DNA from: Ranitomeya imitator
Lineage: Eukaryota
NCBI RefSeq assembly: GCF_032444005.1
Contig: NC_091288.1
Location: 203,608,001 to 203,672,000 of the forward strand
DNA: 64,000 nucleotides
Direction of reading: 5' to 3'
Of this stretch, positions 33,576-47,332 are shown in pieces. A program made the position numbers and the translations under genes. The stretch's first letter is position 1. Every line of letters starts with the position of its first letter. The notes beneath the pieces are model-generated. The model made no database searches, was not told the origin of the DNA, and saw only the letters and a list, made by a program, of their open reading frames with translations.

Positions 33576-36093
33576 TAACAGGGATAAAGGTGTCCCTTTC
33601 TGCCAGTCGGTGAGGGTCCCTATGGTCGGACTCAGCACATTATCACCGGACTACCCCTTTAATTTCAGGTCACTATAACAAGGAACCTGTCTGAGAATTT
33701 GGGAACATTTTTTTTTTTTTTTTTTAAAGAAGGTTTCAGATATGTCCTCATTCAGACAGGCAGTTTTCACTTTTATGTTCTATCCGTGTTTTTTACAGAT
33801 TGAACACGCACCCATTATAGTCCCTGGGGCTTTCACATGTTCTTTTAATGGACTGACAAAAAAAAAAAACCTTCTCCATTTACCTTCCATTTATACCACC
33901 AGAATGCTGTCCGTCTTTATTTTTGCATACTAGAAAAATCCATAGCTTTCCTTTTTTATTTTTGGGTGTACTGTATATGCTCACGTAAGGGCTTGTTTTT
34001 TTTATGTGCCGAGTTGTACTTTTGAATTACACCATGCACTTTACTATATAATTTTCTGAAAACAAGAAGAAGATTACAAATGTAATAAAATGGTGTAAAA
34101 AGAAATGCAATCCCACCGGTGTTTTTTTTTTTTGTATTTTTGTATTTTTTTTGTGTGTGTGTTTTTGTTTTTACTACGTTCATCATGTGCAAATAATGAC
34201 CTGGAAACATGATTTTTTTAGTCAGTGTGATTTATGTCAATGCCAAACTTGCAATTATTTTTTTTTCTATTGAAATGAAGAAAAATTCAGATTTTTGTAG
34301 AAAAAATAATAAATATATGTATAAATATAATATAAATATTTTTTAAATTTTTTTTTTTTTGCTTTTTCAGCACCATTTTCTGAGTTCCATAACATTATTA
34401 CTTTCTGTTGGTGGAGCTAACTGAGGGCTGTGTTTTTTTTTTTCTTTGTATAATTTTATTTTTTCTTTATACCAACTTGGGGTACATACGAGGTACCAGT
34501 TAATTCTTATTGCTTCTTTTTAGGGCGGTGAGGTGACCAAAAAACTACAATTCTGGTGTTTTTACTATTTATTTTTTTTTCTCCTTAAAGTAAGGGTTAA
34601 TTTATATATTTTGAAAGACATTTGTGGATTCAATGATTACAAGTAAGCTTATTTTTTTCCCCCCTTTTCCTTATTTTTAATGGGGGGAAAATGGGAGTGA
34701 TTTGAAATTTTTACTCTTTTTTTTTTTGTTTTGTTTTTTTTTAATATACGGTATATATTTCCGTTACGGGACATAAACCTGCGATTGTTTAATCACTTGT
34801 ATTATATACTTTAGTACTGTAGTATTGCCATTATATGCTAAAAATCATGGTCTCCTATGGAGCTGGACCTGTGGCTGAGCTTCACAGTAGTACCAAGATG
34901 GCAGACACGGGGGGCTTTCAGCAAGCCCCAGATGTCATTATGGCCCATCAAGCCCCCGCGTTTATGTCACTGAGTGCTGATTGGCATTTACATGGAACAT
35001 GCACCGATGCTTCCTCCGTACTGACTCCACTGTCAAAGATCAATAGCAGCATCTAAATGGTTAACAGCCGCAGCCAGAACTCTCTCTCACACTCGCCATG
35101 AAATCTGACAGATGCAATCCGATTTACAAAAAATCTGATTGCATTCAGGCCAATGTTATTCAATGATTCAGTGCTCATCTCATCTGTTAATTTTAGTTTA
35201 TTTATATAAATAATCTCTGATCAGATTGCGATCAGACTGATACAAATTTACAGCATGCTGCAAGTGGATGCGAATTTCGTATTGCAATCGCCAATACAAG
35301 TCAATGGGTGCAAGGAAAAAAAATCGCATGGCACTTGCTCATGTTCTGCCCAATTTTTTTATGCAATCAATGCAGAGGAAACCTGAGATTTCATCAGCCG
35401 AGCACAGTAAACTCACAGCATGACCCGTCAGAAAAGAATATATTTAAACATAGAATAGATATCTATAAATATGTGTGTCTTATATATTTAGTGCAGTTCG
35501 TGTGTAGTTTAATGTTCATGTCTTTAATAAATCAATATATTACAGAAAAGAATGGCTTGTGATCCTCCGAAATTCTGTAAAGCAGACAGAGGTAAAACTT
35601 TCTAAACCCTGGGCTTGATGTCAGCTGCCAATACAAAGCAGACCTCAAATCCAACCCCATCACCCCACTTGCCAATGCACCAGGGCAAGTGGGAAGAGCG
35701 GAGGCTAAACATCAGAATTGCCGCATTTTATGGATGCATCATTTCTGGGGCGGCTCAGAGCTGATGTTTTTAGTCTGTGTGGGAGGGCCAGTATCCATTG
35801 CCCCTTCATATGCAATTAATATAGCCTGCAGCCGTCTGCTTAGGCTTTGCTAGTTATTATAGGGAGGCCCCATGAGATAGATAGATAGGCTTTACTGATT
35901 ATATCTAAGTATACAACTGTGAGCTGATATTAATAGCCTGGGAAGCTCCATGTTAATTACTCCCTTCCCAGGCTATAAACATCAGCCCCTAGCTGTCAGC
36001 TTTCCCTAGCTGGTTAACAAAAATTTCGAGGGGTCACCACTCAATTTTTTTTCTTTCATTTTTTTAATTCTTACTTAAATGCATGTACAGTAA

Positions 36094-36096
<3 letters not shown>

Positions 36097-36134
<38 letters not shown>
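36097..36134. repeat. (CA)n microsatellite
   Basis: Direct reading. Confidence 0.95.
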
Positions 36135-36139
<5 letters not shown>

Positions 36140-36180
36140 TAATTATATATGTCACTCACATATATCTCTTTATTTATCTA

Positions 36181-37455
36181 CAGTGGGGGAAATAAGTATT
36201 TGATACACTGTCGATTTTGCACGGTTTTCCACCTGCAAAGAATGAAGAGGTCTGTAATTTTTATTGTAGGTACACTTTAACTGTGAAAGAATGTAAACAA
36301 AAAAACAACAGAAAATCACACTGTATGATTTTTACATAATTAATTTGCATTTTATTGCATGAAATACGTATTTGATAAAATAGAAAAGCAGAGTTTAATA
36401 TTTGGTACAGAAACCTTTGCTTGCAATTTACAGAGGTCAGATGTTTCCTGTAGTTCTTGACCAGGTTTGCACACACTGCAGAAGGGATTTTGGCCCCCTC
36501 CTCCATACAGATCTTTCCTGATGTTTCAGGGCAACATTGAGTTTCAGCTCCCTACAAAAAATTTCTATTGGGCTCAGGTCTGGTCACTGGCTAGGCCACT
36601 CCAGGACCTTGAAATGCTTCTTAAGTAGCCACTCCTTTGTTGCCCTGGCTTTGTTTTTCGGGTCATTGTCATGCTGGAAGACTCAGCCACGAACCATCTT
36701 CAATACTCTTGAAGTACTGAGGGAAGGAGGTTGTTGGCCAAAATCTTGTAATGCATGACCCCATCCATCCACCCTTCAATACATTTCAGACGTCCTGTCC
36801 CCTTTGTAGAAAAGCAGCCCCAAGGAATGATGTTTCCCCCACCATGCTTCACGGTTGGGATGGTGTTTTTGGGGTTGTACTCATCCTTCTTCTTCCTCCA
36901 AACACGGCGAGAGGAGTTGATACCAAAATGTTCTATTTTGGTCCCATGCCTCCTCTGGATCATCCAGATGGTCATTGGTGAACTTCAAATTGGCTTGGAC
37001 ATGTTCTGGTGAGCAGGGAGACCTTGGGTGCCCTGCAGGATTTTGATTCATGACGACGTAGTGTGTTACTAACGGTAATGTTTGAAACTGTGGCCCCAGC
37101 TCTCTTAGGGTCATTGACCAGGTCCTCCCGTGTAGTTCTGAGCTGATTACTGACCTTTCTCAGAATCATCCTCATCCCACGAGATGAGATCTTGCATGCT
37201 GCCCCAGACCGAGGAAGATCGACAGTCATCTTTTTTTTTTTTTTTTTTCAATAATTGTGCCAACAGTTGTTGCCTTCTGCCCAAGGTGCGTGCCTATTGT
37301 CCTTGCAGCCCATCCCAGCTTTTGTGCAGGTCTACAATTTTGTCCCTGGTGTCCTTAGACAGCTCTTTGGTCTTGGCCATGGTGGAGAGGTTGGAGTGTG
37401 ATTGAGTGTGTGGACAGATGTCTTTTATACAGGTAATGAGTGCAGAGTAGGAGGC
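36181..37455 (-). mobile_element. Degenerate Tc1 transposon; transposase pseudogene with ATG near 37380
   Basis: TA + CAGTGGGGGAAATAAGTATTTGA TIR. Fragments read [22 protein letters not shown] and [27 protein letters not shown]. Frameshifted. Confidence 0.9.
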
Positions 37456-38559
37456 TTCTTATCAACATCGGACTGACTTTATAACCACTAGTGCGATTTC
37501 GGCCTTAGGGACAGATTTTGGTTATGTATCATAATCCGCATCATACATGTGAAGAAATCTCAGCTCCCGAGCCCCCTACACACATGCAGACCACTACCCA
37601 GGATGTCAAATCGAGAAAGGGTTAAAAGGATCTTCTGGTAATACACTGACTATTCAGGATCCGAACCTCTACAATCTTCACCGATCAGCACAGCATTACA
37701 TTTCTGCCATCTTTTTTTTTTTTTTTTTTTATATTTATATTACCCTCTCTACGTTCCATATCTACAAACCAAATCTTGCATAATTGTATTAACCCTCCGC
37801 TTCCTTTGCGTTAGTCTTTTCAGCCTTTTTTATTTTTTTTGATGGCTTGATATAACGAGAATCAGGATAATTCAGGAAAGGAGAACTAAGGATAACGAAG
37901 CTCTAAAAATAAGCAGATGCGACATGGGAGCTGGGCACCGAATCCTCCCACGCCGAGCTCATGTAAATGTAGACCTGCTGTTAGTATTTGTGCCCTCGTA
38001 ATGTAAAATTTCCGGAGTTTTGTCTGTACGGCCATGTCTTAATAATCTCATTTCCTCCTGCATTTCCTGTACCACAAGTCATCTCCTGGCTGTTACCCGG
38101 ACAGAACCCAGCAATGATGGCGGGTCCATACACCATAGTGTATTGCTTCTGATGGACTTTACCTCAGCTGTATGAAGGCACCATATGGCGGCACATCTCC
38201 TATATACATAATCTGTGTGTGTGTGCCGCCATATCACCTCATGTTTGCTGCCTGGTAATGGCCTTCTGACGTGATCATTTCTATGGCTTTTTTTGTCGTT
38301 TGTCAGGTGACAGAAAACACATAATCCCATGGAAAGTTTTTGTGAGGTAAAAGTGTAGCTGACATACATGTGGTTGGTGTCCTTTAGTAATGTGCTGGTG
38401 TGTGTGGCTGTGACCTGGAAGTACAAAGTAAAATATTTTTAGTGTTTTAAGATATAAATTATATGTACTGTCACCAGCAGAGAAAATGAGTGTTAATCGT
38501 CCATGTGCATAGTAAGTCGGATCCTTCTACCTGAAGATCAGCGGTAATATGCAAGCGGT

Positions 38560-39314
38560 GATGCGGCCCTCACCCAGTTTCTCTGAAAAATACTGCGCCC
38601 CGCCAGAAGCTTCATGGCCGAGCAGTTGCATGTAGCCGTACATCACCAAGCACAATGCCAATCATTGGATAGAGTGGTGTAAAGCTGCCATCACTGGACT
38701 CTGGAGGAAACGTGTTCTGTGCAGTGACGGCCCACTCTTCTCTATCTGCGTCTGATGGAGGAGTCTGGGTTTGGGGATTCCTGGAAAACGTTACCCCCTG
38801 ACTGCATTGTGCCCCCTGTACAGATGGTGGAGGAGGATAATGCTATGGGCTGTTATGAGGGGTTGGCCTCAGCCCCTTGGTTTCAGTGAAGGGAAATCTT
38901 AATTTTTCAGCTCAAGACATTATGGACAATTGTAGGGACAGTTTGGTGAAGACCCCTTTTCTGTTCCCCATGACTGTGCCCAGTGCACAAGGTCCATTAA
39001 AACATGAAGGAGGAGTTTGGTGTGGACTCCTGACCTCATCCCCGACCAACACATGGAATGAGGTAGAGCAGAGATTGTGAGTTCGGCTTCTCCCCATCAT
39101 CAGTATCTGACCTCACTAATGCTCTTCTGGATGAAGGAGCAAAGATTCCCACAGACGCCTCCAAAATCTTGTAGAAATCCTTCCCAGAAGAGCGGGAGCC
39201 GTTCTATCTGCGGAGGGCCGACTCCATATTAATGTGTATGGTAAGGTGGGAGGTCAGGAAAGCTCCTGGAGGTGTAATGTGGAGGGGGGGGCACATACTT
39301 TTCTCTACATTGTG
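38560..39314 (+). mobile_element. Degenerate Tc1-like fragment (3' half)
   Basis: Remnants of WxxVLxSD, GGGxMxWGC and PDLxPxEx-W motifs. Ends CATACTTTT..ATTGTG-TA. Confidence 0.65.
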
Positions 39315-39793
39315 TATATACCACGCCTGTCAATTAGAAGTTCATGTGTAGCCACTCTCTAGATGGATTTTTGGAAAAGAGAAATGGAGTCAATTAATGT
39401 ACTGATGCAATAAGCGCTATATAACCTGTGACACCGCATCCATCCAGTGCCACCAAATAAAGCGCAAATACTGGTGTCAGTGACCAAAAATAAAAGCTCC
39501 ATACAACGTCCAACCATATTTTACTGTGACGAGAGCACAGACCTGCCGGATCAAGGGAAGGGGTTGTGGGGGCCGATAATGTCTCAGGCCCTGGGGCAAA
39601 TACCCCAGCTGCCTCTACCATAGCCCGGCCCTAACTACTGGTAGGATAAAGATTCTTAGTGGTACATTAGTAGCCGTTCTGCCTCCCAATACTGCAGAGG
39701 TGATGAGCGAAAATACCGCGGCAGAATAATGGCTGCCATATCGCCATGTGTTTTATACATATTGTGATCCTATATGTCGCCGTTCATCTTTAG

Positions 39794-39890
39794 GGCTGGA
39801 TTACAGACATTGGCGGAGTATCTACTTCTACCAGTGGGAACAACATCAGATGTGGACACAGACGTATTGTGTACAGCACAGACAGTCCAG
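39794..39890 (+). CDS. CORO7: CORO7 exon 2 (97 nt)
   Basis: GWITDIGGVSTSTSGNNIRCGHRRIVYSTDSP, AG/GT bounded, phases 0/1. Confidence 0.88.
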
Positions 39891-40190
39891 GTACGTGACC
39901 ATCAGTGCTGCGCTCTATGGCGGCCATTGGACTTCCATAATACACCTGTATGGAGGGAGCATGGGGGCATTACAATATGGAAAGCAGTATAACAAGTAGC
40001 GCTGATCAATTCTTCCTTATTACAGGAATCAGAAAATTACCTATAGTTAATATTGGGTTTTTATGTTAAATATTTTTTTTTTTTTTAAATAATGCTGTCC
40101 ATATTAGAAGTAAAAAAAAAATGTTCAATTTTCACACTGGCCACTTAGCCTATTATAGACTGTTTGGAAAGGTGACTATGAATAGAGGGG

Positions 40191-40497
40191 GAGGAGGTGA
40201 GCTGTGACATCACCTATTGTGAGTGGTGGATCCTGTGTTATCTACTGTATATAGAGGTGTTATCAGTCATTGTACAAGAGGAGGAGGAGGAGAGCTGTGA
40301 TATCACTTATTCTGAATGGTGGCTCCAATGTTATCTACTGTATATAGAGGTGTTACCAGTCATTGTACAGGAGGAGGAGGTGAGCTGTGACATCATATAT
40401 TGTGAATGGTGGATCCTGTGTTATCTACTGTATATAGGGGGGTTATCAGTCATTGTACAGGAGGAGGTGAGCTGTGATATCACCTATTGTGAATATA
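40191..40497. repeat. About 90-bp tandem repeat, 3.5 copies
   Basis: GAGGAGGTGAGCTGTGACATCACCTATTGTGA...GTCATTGTACAG repeated. Confidence 0.85.
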
Positions 40498-41121
40498 TAT
40501 GTGCTACCTGTCATTTTAATCCTGCCTTTGATGATAATGAGACTGCTGAAAAGTCTTCTGTATGGGACAGGAAGAGTGAGCCTAGTATTGGGTCAAACGG
40601 CAAATTTTCGAATTGCTAAATATATACGGTAATATAAAATAATAATTTAAAAAAAATTAATGGAAAAAACTAATAACAATAAGACCTAATTTAAATACTG
40701 CGTTATTTTCCGATAATACCTTTCATTTGCTGTCAGCTGTCCATGATGGGAAGTGACCTGTTAGCTCTGGGTGTCTCTGCTGCCATGTCACAGTAGTTTT
40801 TCCTACTTTGAGTGGATCCATATAATTGTTTGTGCTTATGGTCTAACCTTTCTCAGATGTTTCTCGTTCTGAGAGCCATCCGCAATGTCTGGACCGGCCG
40901 CAGGACTATTGACCCCAACTCAATAGCCTCCTCTATGCCTGTTTTTACATTGAGATTTGGTCAGGAGACCAACGACTGGTTCCGACCTGGCGATCACAGG
41001 GAATGTCTGACAGATGAAATCGGCCTCAATGTGATATGTATTGTTGTAGTCAGATCAAAATCGCGATCTGTCAATATTTTTGCATCTGATTAATTCATCC
41101 TCATATGTGATTTATTTTCAG

Positions 41122-41196
41122 GGGTGCTGGGGCTGACCTCCCTACAGGTGGAGCAAGGAGAGAAGAGGAAGATATCCCGGCTGCATTGTCACTCAG
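41122..41196 (+). CDS. CORO7: CORO7 exon 3 (75 nt)
   Basis: GVLGLTSLQVEQGEKRKISRLHCHS, phases 1/1. Confidence 0.9.
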
Positions 41197-41555
41197 GTGG
41201 GCGCTACCTTGGGATGAACGGTTTTGTCAATCCCTTTATCAATTCACTTTGTCCCCCGTGATGCAATAATGGGGTCTCGCTGGTTTATCATGGCAGTTGG
41301 GGGCCTACTTTAAGCCCCCATGATTGCTATCTCTTGGTACTCCAGAAATATTAAAGTATAAGTCATCAAATAATTGCATGTCGCAATAATCGCCTGCCAT
41401 GGCGCCCCCTGGGGCAAATATACGGTACATAAATATATATATTTAACCCTCCCGACTTTGTAGTTCACAGTTTTCAGTTCTGGCTGTAGGATGTTATTTG
41501 TTGCAGATGCGCCCCATTATGTCTCCTTCTCACCCGTTTTCTATTTCTCCCGCAG

Positions 41556-41626
41556 ACGTGGTGACGGATTTTGCGTTTTCACCATTTGATGACGATCTCT
41601 TGGCCACTGGATCTGCGGACCAGTCT
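41556..41626 (+). CDS. CORO7: CORO7 exon 4 (71 nt)
   Basis: DVVTDFAFSPFDDDLLATGSADQS, coronin WD40 signature. Confidence 0.95.
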
Positions 41627-42299
41627 GTGAGTGACGACAACATGGTTTTAGGATGATGGCCCTTCTTCATCCATCGTTACTAATGCATAAGCCACGATGT
41701 CTGGCCGTACGAGCGCAGAGCGAGTTGTAGTTTTACCATATAGTGTACTGAAAACCAGGAAAAAAAAAATCCATTCCAAGTATGATGAAACAGTGAAAAA
41801 AAACAAACAAAAAAAACCCGCAATCACAGAAATGTATATTATGGGTTTTGTTTTTATGGTGTTCATTTTGAAGTAAAAATGACTGGATGCCATGATTCTT
41901 CAGGTCAATGCAGTTATTGTCCAATGTTTTGTTTTTGTTTTTAGTAGTGGAAAAAAAAAATCTGAAATAAAAAAAAAAACCAAACAAACAAAGAAACGAG
42001 ACCTGTAACTTTTTTTCGTTGATAGGACTTCTCTTTTTGCACTTTGAGCTGACATCTATATTGACACCATTTTGGGGTAGATATGATGTTTTGGTTGCTT
42101 TGTATTTAATTTTTTTTTTTTTAGGAAGTGCACAAAAAAATGGCAATTCTGATGTTCAGATTCGTCTTTTCGGCATTTAACGTGCTGTTTAAGTTATTCT
42201 ATATTTTCCTAAATTGGACTTTTTTTGGTCACACTCACAATGCCAAATATGTTAATTGTTTCCTTCTTGGAGAAACGATGCAGGAGCTTCTAATCAAAC

Positions 42300-42575
42300 A
42301 CTGCAAGGCTGAGATATAACTCTGTCCTTCCCAGCTGTGCTGCATTACCCTCCTTATTATATTGATGGCCGTACCACACAATACAAGCACATTTTATCAT
42401 GTACCTTTCGTGTCTCCCCTAATTCCTCATAGATTGTAACTTTCCAGCAGGACCCTCACTCCTCTTGGTATGTGTCTAATTATATGTTACTCTCTAATGT
42501 CTGTTTTGTCAGTACAAGTCCCCTAAGAAATGTAAAGAGCTGCGGAATATATTGGGGCAATAGAAATTTAAAAAA
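42300..42575 (+). mobile_element. L2 3' UTR remnant
   Basis: TAGATTGTAA...CAGGACCC...TGTAAAGAGCTGCGGAATAT tail motif and A-rich end. Confidence 0.55.
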
Positions 42576-42799
42576 AATATGTATAAATGTATATATATTT
42601 TTTGTCCCCTTAGGGGACTTGAACCTGCAACACACAGAGGTAGATCTGCTAGTCTACATTACAATATCAATATAGGTTTTCAAAATCCGGGTTTATATAT
42701 AATGTCTCCATTCACTGGCTGCAAGCAGAGATCCTACACACTGTAAAGCTCGTTAATATCCAGGTGTATTAATAAGTAATTTGAAATTTTGTTTTGTAG

Positions 42800-42977
42800 G
42801 TGAAATTGTGGCGCTTGTCAGAGACTGGCGATGTGGGCGACTCTGCGGCGACTCTGACAGTGAAAGGCGGCCATGTGAAAGCTCTGCAGTTTCATCCCTC
42901 CGCTGATGCCCTGCTCGTCTCCGCGGCTGGCAAATCCGTACAAGTCTGGGATCTCTCCAGAGACTCTGCCCTCGCCG
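42800..42977 (+). CDS. CORO7: CORO7 exon 5 (178 nt)
   Basis: VKLWRL...LQFHPSADALLVSAAGKSVQVWDL, donor G|GTAAGG. Confidence 0.95.
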
Positions 42978-43183
42978 GTAAGGGCAGATACACCTCCAAA
43001 ACTGTTCTGAATCAGCAAGGTTTTTTTTTTTTTTCAATTTAACACCCTAAATGACTAATTTGTATAAACACAAAGCACATATATATTTGTTGTTAAAATA
43101 TATAAATATTGAATTATTTTCTTATTTAATGTTCCCTTATTTCAATATATATTATACATCCATTATTTCTTCCTCGGAGCTGC

Positions 43184-43219
<36 letters not shown>

Positions 43220-43220
43220 T

Positions 43221-43575
43221 CAAACGCATCGGGTATTCTAGAATATGCATGTCCCCGTAGTATATGGACAATGATGATTCCAGAATTCGCGTCAGACTGT
43301 GCCCGTCGCTGATTGGTCGAGGCCACCTTTATGACATCATCGTCGCCATGGCAACCATTATGACATCTACGTCGATACTGTGCCCGTCGCTGATTGGTCG
43401 AGGCGAATTCGCGGCAGACTGTGCCCGTCGCTGATTGGTCGAGGCAACCTTTATGACATCATCGTCGCCATGCTGTGCCCGTCGCTGATTGGTCGAGGCC
43501 TGGCGGCCTCGACCAAATCAGACGTGGGATTTCCAGGACAGACAGACAGACAGACAGAAAAACCCTTAGACAATT
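43221..43575 (-). mobile_element. Non-autonomous Helitron-like repeat (ends truncated) next to (TA)n
   Basis: Minus strand starts ATTGTCTAAGGG..(TCTG)n. Four internal copies of GTGCCCGTCGCTGATTGGTCGAGG. Terminal CTAG absent, so the class is inferred. Confidence 0.45.
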
Positions 43576-43684
43576 CTAAGATTCTTATGGAATCAGGGCG
43601 CACCTATCAAATCTGTTCCTGACCAATTACCAAGAGGCCTCCATTTTTTAGGGTAGCTCCACCCTGTAGACTGGGCCTGTGCAA

Positions 43685-44784
43685 TGTGTTAACTCAGTGT
43701 TTTGCTTCTGAGCTGCCAGGCCTTGCTCTGTGTTCCTCCTTCTCTACTCCGGCTCTACTCTTAGCTTTGTCTTGTTCTTGTTGGTCTGCCCCCCAGGAGG
43801 CTGTATATCCTGGTCTCAGTGTCTGTGTTCTTGTTTTGGTCTCTCCGCCCTCCAGGAGGCAGAATATCCTGGTCCTTGTGTCTTTGTGCTTGTGCCTTGT
43901 CTTGTTCCATTACCTTGTCTGAACTTTGTCCAATCTCTGTCTCCTTGTCTGTGGCTTCTTTCCCTGCTGTGTCTTTCTTTGTGTCCTCTCTGTTTGCTTA
44001 TGCTCCGCACTCTTGCGGCTCTGCCTGCTCTGTGCCCTTGAGACTTTGCCTGTGCTCTGCTCTCTTGCAGCTTTACCTCTGCTCCACACTCCTGCGGTTC
44101 TGCTCCATTCAGTTCTGCTCCTCTCCTGTTGCTGCAGGAATCTCTTGCTGCAGCTCCTCTCCGCATTCCTTGTGGTTCCGCTCTGCTTAGCTTCTGTTGC
44201 TGCTCTATCTCTTGCTGCTCTATCGCTCCTATCTGCGGTTCTCTTCCTGTGTGAACAGATCCCAACCTGTTCCTTCGTACTTCATTCCTTCCTGCTTTTT
44301 TCCTTACCTGCACCTCCTGTGTGAACAGGTCCCTTCCTGTTCCTTCATGCACCACACCAACCAGCCCTGTGTCTCTGCTGTGCCTGCCAGCCCTGTGTCT
44401 CTGCCATGCCTGCCAGCCCTGTGTCTCTGCCGTGCCTGCCAGCCCTGTGTCTCTGCCGTGCCTGCCAGCCCTGTGTCTCTACCGTGCCAGCCTACTCGTC
44501 TGAGTTTCATCCGTGCTCATCTGCTAGTCCTGCCTGATGCCCGCACCTGTCCTAGTGCTAGTGTTCCTGTTCTCCAAGTGGGATCAGCAGCCACAGCCAG
44601 ACACCACCCTGGAGTAGCACCTGGCAGATGCCTGCCGCACAAGTCTGTCCTCACCATCAGAGGCTCCAGCGAAGACCAAGGCAGCTGTCATAGTCACGCC
44701 CCTTCCAGGGTAGTTTGGTTCGTGGCACAGTGGGGCCACAAACCACCCGAGCTCATGCCCACCAGTCAGGGCGCGAGCGTGACA
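43685..44784 (+). mobile_element. Probable Gypsy-type solo LTR
   Basis: TG...CGTGACA ends, pyrimidine-rich low-complexity interior with short CTGCCAGCCCTGTGTCT repeats. No clear TSD. Confidence 0.5.
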
Positions 44785-44789
44785 ACTTA

Positions 44790-46148
44790 TTGACTCGAGT
44801 ATAAGCCTAGGGTGAACAATGCAGTAGCTACCGGTAAATGTCTGAAGTAAAAATAGGTACCAATAAAAGTAAAATTAATCGAGACATCAGTAGTTTAAGT
44901 GTTTTTGAATATCCATATTGAATCAGGAGCCCCATATAATGCTCCATACAGTTCATGATGGGCCCCCGTAAGATACTCCATATTAGGGTATGTGAACACT
45001 CTGCGGATTTTGCTGCGGATCCGCAGTGTTTCCGCAGGTGCGGGTGCACAGCGGTTTCCCATGCGTTTACAGTACAATGTAAACCTAGGGGAAACGCAAT
45101 CCGCAGTGCACATGCTGCGGGAAAAAACGCGCGGAAACGCAGTGGTTTACATTCCGCAGCATGTCAATGCTTTGTGCGGAATCCGCAGCGGTTTTACAGC
45201 TGCTCCATAATAGAAAACCGCAGGTGTAAAACCGCAGTGGAATCCGCACAAAAACCGCGGTAAATCCGCAGGAAAAACGTGCAGTTTTTGCCCTGCGGAT
45301 TTATCAAATCCGCTGCGGAAAAATCCGCAGAGGATCTTTCTACGTGTGCACATACCCTTAAAATATGCCCCTTATAGTGCTGCACAAAGGTTAATAATGC
45401 CCCATAAGATGCTCCATAGAAAATGTGCCCCATATAATGCTGTATAAAGGTTGATTATTGCCCCATAAGATGCTCCATAGAAACATAGAAGCCCCATATG
45501 CTGTTGCTTCTATTTAAAAAAAAAAAAAAATGACATACTCGCCTCTCATTGCTCAGGCCCCCAGCACTTGCAATATTCACCTGTCCCCGTTCCACCGTCG
45601 GGCGCCGCACCGTCTTCCGCGTCCTCTGCACTGACAGAGAGGGCACGCACTATACACGTCATCACAACCTCTAACCTGAACAGTCAGTGCAGAGGATGCG
45701 GGAGACGGAGCGGCGCCCGACGGTGGAACGGGGACAGGTGAATATTGTGCAGTACTCACCCTCCCCATTATACTCAGACCTGCTCCCGGCGTGGTCCCTG
45801 CTTCTTTCTTACAGACGGTCTCTGGGCGCTGACAGCTTCTTCCAGCGTTGAGCGGTCACTGGTATCGCTCATTACAGTAATGCATATGTGGCTCCACCCC
45901 TATGGGAGTATAGTCGCGTCCATATTCATTACTGTAATGAGCGGTAACATGTGACCGCTCAACGCTGGAAGAAGCTGTCAGCGCCCGGAGACCATCGGAG
46001 ATTCTGGGACCTCGCCAGGAGCAGGTGAATATGTGACAGCTGCTTCTCACCCTCCCCCGCCAACAGTGACTCGAGTATAAGCAGAGAGGGGCACTTTCAG
46101 CCTAAAAAAATGGGTTGAAAATATCGGCTTACACTTGAGTATATACGG
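44790..46148. mobile_element. pogo/Tigger-like MITE, left end disrupted, with a nested Harbinger MITE
   Basis: Right TIR TCGGCTTACACTTGAGTATATACGG. GACTCGAGTATAAGC occurs at both ends. Confidence 0.65.
44986..45357. mobile_element. PIF/Harbinger-type MITE
   Basis: TTA duplication. TIR GGGTATGTG(A/C)ACAC. Confidence 0.85.
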
Positions 46149-47045
46149 TGTATGTGTATGTATGTTTGTGTATATATATATATATATATATATTAGTCCT
46201 TGATTGATTTTCTCCTGGTGTAGAACTTGTGAACATAATCTAGGTTATTGTCGTTTGTGTTTTTTAGAATTTAAGCTCAATTCAATTTATTTGTTTTTTT
46301 ATAAAACAAAATTCAAATTCTTTTTTCATTAAATATTTTTATTACATTTTTTTTTTTTTTTTTAAACCCGATCATTACCATTTTATTGTTTATTTAATAC
46401 TGCACAGAGTTACCCCAGACATTTTATGTTGTCACCATCAGACCCAATAATCCAACTGAAGACAGGAGATCGCCTTGATTAAGAATGACTATGGCAAACA
46501 GCGGCTTGACTGTCCCGGCTCAGAGCTTTCTCCGATCTCACCCGTCAGAGCAGCAGCTCGGCCACCATTAGCCAGTCTTGCACCTATTGCCGGACGGCAT
46601 GTGACACCCATGCATTGCTGTAAAATAGAAATGACCCTATAGAATAAGGCTTCTTAAAGGGGTTTTTCTGTCTGAATTTACATATCTGCAGACGTTTGTA
46701 TCTGGTTTGAATCCATGTAGAACTTTTTTGCTTGTGACTTGCAATACCAGACACTTTCTTGTACTGGAGTGGCGCCATTTCTGGAATATGGAAAACAAAA
46801 AAAAACCTTGTTTGTAAGACTTTTTTTTTTTTTCCGTGTTCCTGGAATTTTTTTGGCTTTTCTCGGTGCTCAGGTTTCCTTCGCATTCCTGTAACATACG
46901 TGTTGGTTAGCTGGTTTCCTATAAGCCTTGTGTACAGAGAGACGACTGTTTATTTTACTGTGGCCGCGGAGCTGGGTTATAAGCGCGTCTTTATATGAAC
47001 AGATGGGAATTTATTATTCTTTATATAAACCTGTATAATATCTTA

Positions 47046-47332
47046 AAGGGGTATTCCTAGCTTATAAAGTGATGGCATATCACCTTCCCTTTACTATCGA
47101 CTTATGGGACCCCTATTCATCCTTTGAATGAAGGGGTTTCAGCTCTGGTGTGGCACATCCCAAGGCCATCCGCTGTGCAGGGATATGTGGCGTGGCCTGA
47201 TTCACGTAGCTGTGGCCATGCTGCAGTTTCTTGCACAGCCATCATTACTGTATTACAATGGTCGCTTCAGTCTCCGGACCGAACATCGATATCCTATGGA
47301 TATGCTACCCCTTTATAAATCGAATACCCCTT
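47046..47332. mobile_element. Degenerate T2-type MITE
   Basis: TTAA-AGGGGTATTC ... GAATACCCCT-TTTA. Confidence 0.65.

Noticed and set aside
43686-44793. 120-200 aa Leu/Ser/Cys-rich ORFs resembling membrane proteins
   Set aside because: Low-complexity pyrimidine-rich interior of the LTR-like repeat.
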